NCBI GenBank assembly: GCA_945865625.1
Contig: CAMBFD010000001.1
Span: forward strand, 34,559 to 98,558
DNA length: 64,000 nt
Source: Chitinophaga pinensis
GTDB taxonomy: Bacteria > Bacteroidota > Bacteroidia > NS11-12g > UBA955
Direction of reading: 5' to 3'
Both the position numbers and the translations under genes were made by a program. Shown piece by piece: positions 59,349-64,000 of this stretch; the first letter of the stretch is position 1, and each line of letters opens with the position of its first letter. The notes below the pieces were generated by a model. It saw only the letters and a list, made by a program, of their open reading frames with translations, was not told the DNA's origin and searched no databases.

Positions 59349-59409
59349 TTTGTGGAAAACATGTCAGTTGCAATGTTAAACAATAATTTATTTTTGTATC
59401 GGTGTTTAG

Positions 59410-59600
59410 GTTTTCGAAGGGTAATGGCTTACTCTAAGAAATGAAAAGGGAACATCGGTGTAAGACCGAGACTGTACCCGCAGCTGTAACCCCCATCTGA
59501 AAAGATGTAATTTTAGGCTTCTATGCCACTGTGTAAACGGGAAGGCGCCTAAAATGGGGAAGTCAGAAGACCTGCCTACGGCATCACAAAAACTCGCTTT
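59410..59600 (+). ncRNA. Cobalamin (adenosylcobalamin) riboswitch
   Basis: Conserved core AAAAGGGAACATCGGTGTAAGACCGA...CCCGCAGCTGTAACC...GCCACTGTG...GGGAAGGCGCC...GTCAGAAGACCTGCC. Matches the B12-box and flanking consensus in order and spacing. Immediately upstream of the btuB-like gene. Confidence 0.8.
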
Positions 59601-59675
59601 CGGGAATAAAAGCGCGGTGGTGATTTGCTCGTGGGCAATTTATCTCCCTTTTATTTGCGTTGGCGATACCCAATT

Positions 59676-61523
59676 ATGTTGTTGAACATTGGACATATCG
59701 CTTCTCTCTTTTGCGCCTTCGGCGACACCGTGCAAAATTTGCCTGTCGATACCGTCTATATCCAAGCTCAACGCATTGAATTTTGTCAGTTGGGACGCGT
59801 GAAACTCGATTTTCAAAATTCAACATCCCCACAAACCCTTCAAAATAACCTCGCTGCAAATGCAGTTTTTTTCAAGCAATACGGGGTTTCTGGGTCGTCT
59901 ACAATTTCTAGACGAGGGGCCGATGCCGCCCAAACGCAGGTGTTATGGAATGGACTGCCCGTGAACAACCCTATGCTCGGGATGGCAGATTTTAACAACC
60001 TCACTGCCTTTGGTTTGCAAGAAGTCTTTCTCATTGAAGGTGGGAATGCCGCACTTTTAGGTTCAGGCAGTGTGGGTGGAACCGTGTTTTTAAGAAATAA
60101 AGTAAAATATGGTGAAGGATTCAACGCCAATCTAACTTCGCAGTACGGCCAATTTGGCAATCTTTCACTGGGTTTAAATTTAATTCAATCTGCTAAAAAT
60201 CATTATTTTCAATTTACGTTTGGACAACTAAACTATCAAAATAAATTTACCTTTTTTGATGTTCTCAATCAAGAAAATAAAATTGCGCAAAATGCAAATC
60301 TTTTTCAAACAATTGGTAGGGTCGTTTATGGATTTAAGCAGGGTAACCACGACTTAAAATTGGTGGTTGAGTATGCAAATAATGAACGTGGACTTGGACA
60401 AAAGGCGGGTGGAAATCAATTGAATGGCTTACAAAAGGATTTAAACTTACGCAGTGTTTTAGAGCATCAATACAATCAAGGAAAGTATTTATGGGTGAAT
60501 CGATTAGGTTTTGTGAGAGACCAAATTAAATATTACGAAGATATTTTGAATGCCGATTCAAGTGTTGCAAGTACGCCTTATTTTCAAACTGAATTTTATA
60601 AAAATATTGGTGCTTTCAGGTGGCTCATTGGTTTCGACGCACAACAGCAAAGAGCGTTTTCAGTGAATTACATTCAAGTGAACCCAAGTCGATTCTACGC
60701 TGCTTCGTTTGCTTCGGTGACGTTTAAACTGAAACAAGCCGATTTTAATTTGAATGCACGGCATGAATTTTACGAAAATATTCCAACTTTTGGAATTTCA
60801 TCGGTGGTGCCAGTTAAAAAGTGGTTTCAAATTAAATCGAACATTCATTCAACTTTTAGAAGACCAACCTTAAACGATTTATTCTGGAGAACAAACGCTA
60901 CAGAAATTGCAAAATCTGAAAAAGGATGGGGAGTAGAACTCGGATTGTTGAAAAACATTCAATCTACTTTTGTTGATGCAACGTTTGAATTAACATCGTA
61001 TTACAGGGAATTAAAAGATCCAATTATTTGGATTCCGAATGGGGTTTCTTGGATTGCAACAAATTTTCACAATGGCCAATATGCTGGGATCCAATTTAAT
61101 GGGAAGGTGTCTAAAGGGTATCACAATCAAAAAATAGCATTCAATTTTGGTGGAGAATGGGTGAACTCTCACGTAAAAAAAGGCATTGAACAGCCGGGGT
61201 ATGCGCAAATTTTCATTCCCGATTTTATGGGGTTTGTGGGTGTGATTTTAGATCGTAAATTGTTATCGTACAAAATAGATATTCAGCACACCGGCAATCG
61301 ATACATTCAAACCGACAACTTGGCTTGGATGCCTGGATATAGAATTGTGAATTGCCAAGTTTCAATGAAGCAGTGGCAGTTTACGTCCCTCAAAAATCAC
61401 AAAAAAGTAAAATGTGAAGCTTCTGTTGAATGCCGAAATATGCTCAATACAAATTACCAAAATATGCCGAGTAGACCCATGCCAGGAAGGTCGTTTTGGC
61501 TGAATTTAAACATCTTAATATAA
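59676..61523 (+). CDS. btuB: TonB-dependent outer-membrane receptor, BtuB-like (cobalamin uptake)
   Basis: Start set to the ATG at 59676 (MLLNIGHIASLF signal peptide); the ORF-track start at 59625 is a TTG inside the riboswitch platform. Plug-domain region DTVYIQAQRIE and beta-barrel. Riboswitch context. Confidence 0.7.
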   Translation: MLLNIGHIASLFCAFGDTVQNLPVDTVYIQAQRIEFCQLGRVKLDFQNSTSPQTLQNNLAANAVFFKQYGVSGSSTISRRGADAAQTQVLWNGLPVNNPMLGMADFNNLTAFGLQEVFLIEGGNAALLGSGSVGGTVFLRNKVKYGEGFNANLTSQYGQFGNLSLGLNLIQSAKNHYFQFTFGQLNYQNKFTFFDVLNQENKIAQNANLFQTIGRVVYGFKQGNHDLKLVVEYANNERGLGQKAGGNQLNGLQKDLNLRSVLEHQYNQGKYLWVNRLGFVRDQIKYYEDILNADSSVASTPYFQTEFYKNIGAFRWLIGFDAQQQRAFSVNYIQVNPSRFYAASFASVTFKLKQADFNLNARHEFYENIPTFGISSVVPVKKWFQIKSNIHSTFRRPTLNDLFWRTNATEIAKSEKGWGVELGLLKNIQSTFVDATFELTSYYRELKDPIIWIPNGVSWIATNFHNGQYAGIQFNGKVSKGYHNQKIAFNFGGEWVNSHVKKGIEQPGYAQIFIPDFMGFVGVILDRKLLSYKIDIQHTGNRYIQTDNLAWMPGYRIVNCQVSMKQWQFTSLKNHKKVKCEASVECRNMLNTNYQNMPSRPMPGRSFWLNLNILI

Positions 61524-61532
61524 GTAAAAAAT

Positions 61533-62516
61533 ATGAAAAAAACAAGAATTTTATTGGTGATTGCGTTGATTTTCAGTGCAAAAGCAACTGCCCAAAAAGA
61601 TCCATCGCCCATAAAAGATGGATTCGATTATTTGACCATGATGGGCTTCGATTCAGGGATGGTGCAAACTGGTAAAGTGGGCATTAAAAGTTATATCACC
61701 CAAGGAAATATGTTGATGAATTTTGGTTGGGACACATCCTACAAATATTGGTCGGGGAATTGGGCATTATCGTATGCGCACTACAACAAAGTTGAGGAAA
61801 GCAACATGGATAAACATTTGTTTTCGGCGATTACTGGAACAGGCGCAAGAAATAGTGAAAAAATCTTTGCAATTGGACAAAACAATGCAAAATTGACGTC
61901 TTTAAATGCTAAAATGTTGGGCGTCATGTCGATGGAAATCACCAATTCTACCTATGCTTACAACTCAATGAAATTTGGTGATGCGTTTGCGAAGACATTT
62001 AAAGCTGCCGATAAAGATAGCTTGATTTTAGTGATTACAACATTCATGAAAGGGCAGAAAATGGAATCGAAAAGGGTGGTGTTGGCTGATTTTAGATATT
62101 TAGATACAACCAAGAATTTCCTGTTAGATACTTGGCAAAAAGTGAATTTTATACAATCCAACGACAGTGTAACTTTTGAAATGGTGAGTTCCGACAATGG
62201 CACTTGGGGTATGAACACGCCTGCATTTTTCGCCATGGATAATTTGGAGGTATTGTATGCAGCTGGGGTTGAAAAAACGCAAGTAACTCGCTTAAATGCG
62301 TTTCCTAACCCTGTAAAAAATATTTTGAATTTTAGTACAAATGCAACTTTGAAAAATATAGATATTTTTAATTTTGAGGGACAATTGGTGCGCAAGAACT
62401 CATTTGAATATGGGACTAAAAGTATCGATGTTAGTGATTTGAATTCAGGTATTTACTTTGGACTGCTTACAGATGCATTGGGACAAAAATTTAGCGTTAA
62501 ATTCATCAAAGAATAA
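61533..62516 (+). CDS. Secreted protein with C-terminal T9SS sorting domain (DUF4465-like, B12-locus associated)
   Basis: 327 aa. Signal peptide ending AKATAQ. C-terminus NPVKNILNFSTN...GIYFGLLTDALGQKFSVKFIKE typical of a Por_Secre_tail. Family call is from memory. Confidence 0.45.
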   Translation: MKKTRILLVIALIFSAKATAQKDPSPIKDGFDYLTMMGFDSGMVQTGKVGIKSYITQGNMLMNFGWDTSYKYWSGNWALSYAHYNKVEESNMDKHLFSAITGTGARNSEKIFAIGQNNAKLTSLNAKMLGVMSMEITNSTYAYNSMKFGDAFAKTFKAADKDSLILVITTFMKGQKMESKRVVLADFRYLDTTKNFLLDTWQKVNFIQSNDSVTFEMVSSDNGTWGMNTPAFFAMDNLEVLYAAGVEKTQVTRLNAFPNPVKNILNFSTNATLKNIDIFNFEGQLVRKNSFEYGTKSIDVSDLNSGIYFGLLTDALGQKFSVKFIKE

Positions 62517-63556
62517 TGAAGTTTAAAGGGTTTGTTGTTGTTGCCTTTTTAGGTGTATTTTTATTATCTTCTTGTATCAAAGATCCAAATTCGAATGGTG
62601 GAGATACGCTGCAATTCAGCTCAACTCAAGTTGGTGTGTTGTGTGAAGGCAATTATATGTGGAATAACGCCCAGTTTGATGTTTACAGTGTAGACTCAAA
62701 TAAATATTATGAAAATGTATTTGAAGCCGCCAATAAAACTCCACTCGGGGATGTGCTTCAAAGTGGTTGCTTTGCTTCAAATTACATTTGGTTGAGCGTG
62801 AACAACAGCGGCAAAATTTTAGCACTCAATCGTAAAACCTTAAAACAACAAAAATACCGAGGTGATTTAAAGTCGCCTCGGTATATTTTACCTGTAAAAA
62901 ATTATGTATTTGTAAGTGATTTGATGGCAAATGCAGTGCTTATGTTAGACAGTTCAACATTGCAAACGGTTCAGGAATTTAAAGTGATGTCGGGCACATC
63001 TGCATCGAATCGTTACGGTTGGACAGAGCAAATGGTCAATTGGAACAATGAAGTTGTGGTTTCTTGCTATGATGGATTTTTAATGTTTATCAATCCCACA
63101 ACAAAAAATAGCTATAAAATGGAAGCTGACACGGGATGTCAGAACTTAATTGTAGATAAGAACAATTCATTGTGGGTTTTATCGTCGGTGAATGGGCTTG
63201 CATCAATTGTTTGTTATGGTAGCAATAAAAAAGAGGTGAAAAGATTTGCATTTCCCGCGGGAGATGGGGTGAGCCGATTGTGTTTATCGCAAAATGGAAC
63301 AGATCTCATGTACATTCACAAAAACAAAGTGATGAAATTGGGCATGACGGCAAATAGTTTAACGGATGCCAGCGTGGTTTACAGTGGCTTACAAACATGC
63401 TATGGACTGGGAATTGATCAGAGAAATGGTTGGATATACATTGCCGATGCAACGGACTATGTAAGTAGGGGTAAAGTCTACATTTTAAATGAAAAGTTTG
63501 AATTTGTAAAATCCATAAGTTCTGGAATCATTCCGAGTGAATTCGTCTTTTTTTAG
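62516..63556 (+). CDS. Surface lipoprotein, YncE/BtuG-like beta-propeller (putative B12-binding accessory)
   Basis: 346 aa. Lipoprotein signal ...LLSSC. Repeated Gly/Trp/Tyr-rich blade-like segments. Lies downstream of btuB. Confidence 0.4.
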   Translation: MKFKGFVVVAFLGVFLLSSCIKDPNSNGGDTLQFSSTQVGVLCEGNYMWNNAQFDVYSVDSNKYYENVFEAANKTPLGDVLQSGCFASNYIWLSVNNSGKILALNRKTLKQQKYRGDLKSPRYILPVKNYVFVSDLMANAVLMLDSSTLQTVQEFKVMSGTSASNRYGWTEQMVNWNNEVVVSCYDGFLMFINPTTKNSYKMEADTGCQNLIVDKNNSLWVLSSVNGLASIVCYGSNKKEVKRFAFPAGDGVSRLCLSQNGTDLMYIHKNKVMKLGMTANSLTDASVVYSGLQTCYGLGIDQRNGWIYIADATDYVSRGKVYILNEKFEFVKSISSGIIPSEFVFF

Positions 63557-63611
63557 GGATAATTCTCTTGTCATGGAATTGTTGAATACCCAAAATTTGG
63601 GCTAAAAGTGG

Positions 63612-63619
63612 TATCTTTG
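63612..63619 (+). promoter_or_regulatory. Bacteroidota -7 promoter element TATCTTTG upstream of the lptF/G-family gene
   Basis: Matches TAnnTTTG 7 nt before the ATG at 63627. A TTTG lies at 63596-63599. Confidence 0.25.
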
Positions 63620-63626
63620 CACTTGG

Positions 63627-64000
63627 ATGAAATCTCCATTTAAACTCAAAAAAATAGATGTACTCGTATTGCGTTCCTTTATTGGGCCGTTTTTGGTGAC
63701 ATTTGTTTTGAGTTTGTTTCTGTTCTTGATGCAATTTCTTTGGAAATACATCGACGAACTTGTGGGCAAGGGAATTCCTGCCTTGGTGATGCTGAAACTG
63801 ATTTTCTTGTCTTTGGCAGATTTAGTGCCAATGGCTTTGCCTTTAACCATTATGGTTGCGGGGTTAATGACATTCGGAAATTTGTCGGAAAGTTTCGAAC
63901 TTGTGGCAATGAAGGCCAATGGCATTTCATTGCTTAGAATTTTACGACCAACATTTGTGTTTATGGCATTTTTAATGGTCATGAATTTCTTGTTCTTGAA
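63627..64000 (+). CDS. LptF/LptG-family LPS export permease (YjgP/YjgQ), 5' partial in window
   Basis: Not in the ORF track because it runs off the window. Translation MKSPFKLKKIDVLVLRSFIGPFLVTFVLSLFLFLMQFLWKYIDELVGKGIP...SESFELVAMKANGIS matches the conserved LptF/G N-terminus. Confidence 0.7.
   Translation, partial: MKSPFKLKKIDVLVLRSFIGPFLVTFVLSLFLFLMQFLWKYIDELVGKGIPALVMLKLIFLSLADLVPMALPLTIMVAGLMTFGNLSESFELVAMKANGISLLRILRPTFVFMAFLMVMNFLFL

Noticed and set aside
59625-59675. Upstream TTG start for the btuB-like ORF (MLVGNLSPFYLRWRYPI...)
   Set aside because: It lies within the riboswitch expression platform and precedes the signal peptide. The ATG at 59676 gives a normal signal sequence.
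61958-62395. 145-aa minus-strand ORF inside the DUF4465-like gene
   Set aside because: Antisense to an ORF with a signal peptide and a T9SS tail. No independent start context.
63602-63982. 126-aa minus-strand ORF at the window end
   Set aside because: The + strand here encodes a well-conserved LptF/LptG N-terminus (partial, from ATG 63627). The minus-strand ORF is its shadow.
1-64000. Scan of intergenic gaps for tRNA, tmRNA, rRNA, transposase/integrase remnants or toxin-antitoxin pairs
   Set aside because: None found. Intergenic gaps are short and are accounted for by terminators, promoters, the riboswitch and the repeat arrays. No cloverleaf-compatible sequences or IS-like inverted termini were seen.

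Overview
This 64-kb window is low-GC and looks like a chromosomal segment from a member of Bacteroidota, probably Flavobacteriia-like. Supporting signs are several proteins with T9SS C-terminal sorting domains, a bacillithiol-system YtxJ homolog, TAnnTTTG '-7' promoter motifs just upstream of several start codons, and a complete mevalonate-pathway operon. Most of the window is densely packed housekeeping genes: smpB, menD, lpdA, typA, prfC, sucC, a lolD-like ABC ATPase, priA, hppD, ligA, dapA, ruvB, queG, slyD, rfbC, an hldD-like epimerase, and a MacA/TolC efflux pair. No rRNA, tRNA, CRISPR array, transposase or integrase was found. One RNA element is clear: a cobalamin riboswitch at about 59.4-59.6 kb upstream of a btuB-like TonB-dependent receptor, which is followed by two surface-protein genes. 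The most unusual signal is a family of composite short-tandem-repeat arrays at four intergenic sites (24.36-24.65 kb, 52.75-52.86 kb, 55.98-56.11 kb, 56.48-56.58 kb). All four are built from the same three sub-motifs: GTTTAGCGTTTAAT-like units, GGATTAGAAG/GGTTAGAAG-like units and TATAAACC/TATAATCC-like units. Three of these arrays bracket a stand-alone short-form DNA polymerase III alpha gene (DnaE2/ImuC-like) and a single small DCC-family thiol-disulfide oxidoreductase gene. The flanking arrays are direct around the polymerase and inverted around the DCC gene and around the whole 3.8-kb segment. Other points worth follow-up are listed below. First, a translationally coupled unit of an HTH-like protein, a RecQ-family helicase and two glycosyltransferases. 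Second, a mevalonate operon ending in a UbiA-family prenyltransferase, with an atypical GHMP kinase in the phosphomevalonate-kinase position. Third, a signal-peptide coiled-coil protein ending in a basic Cys3His knuckle. Fourth, an orphan 1216-aa histidine kinase. All calls rest on reading the sequence and the supplied ORF translations; no database search was run.
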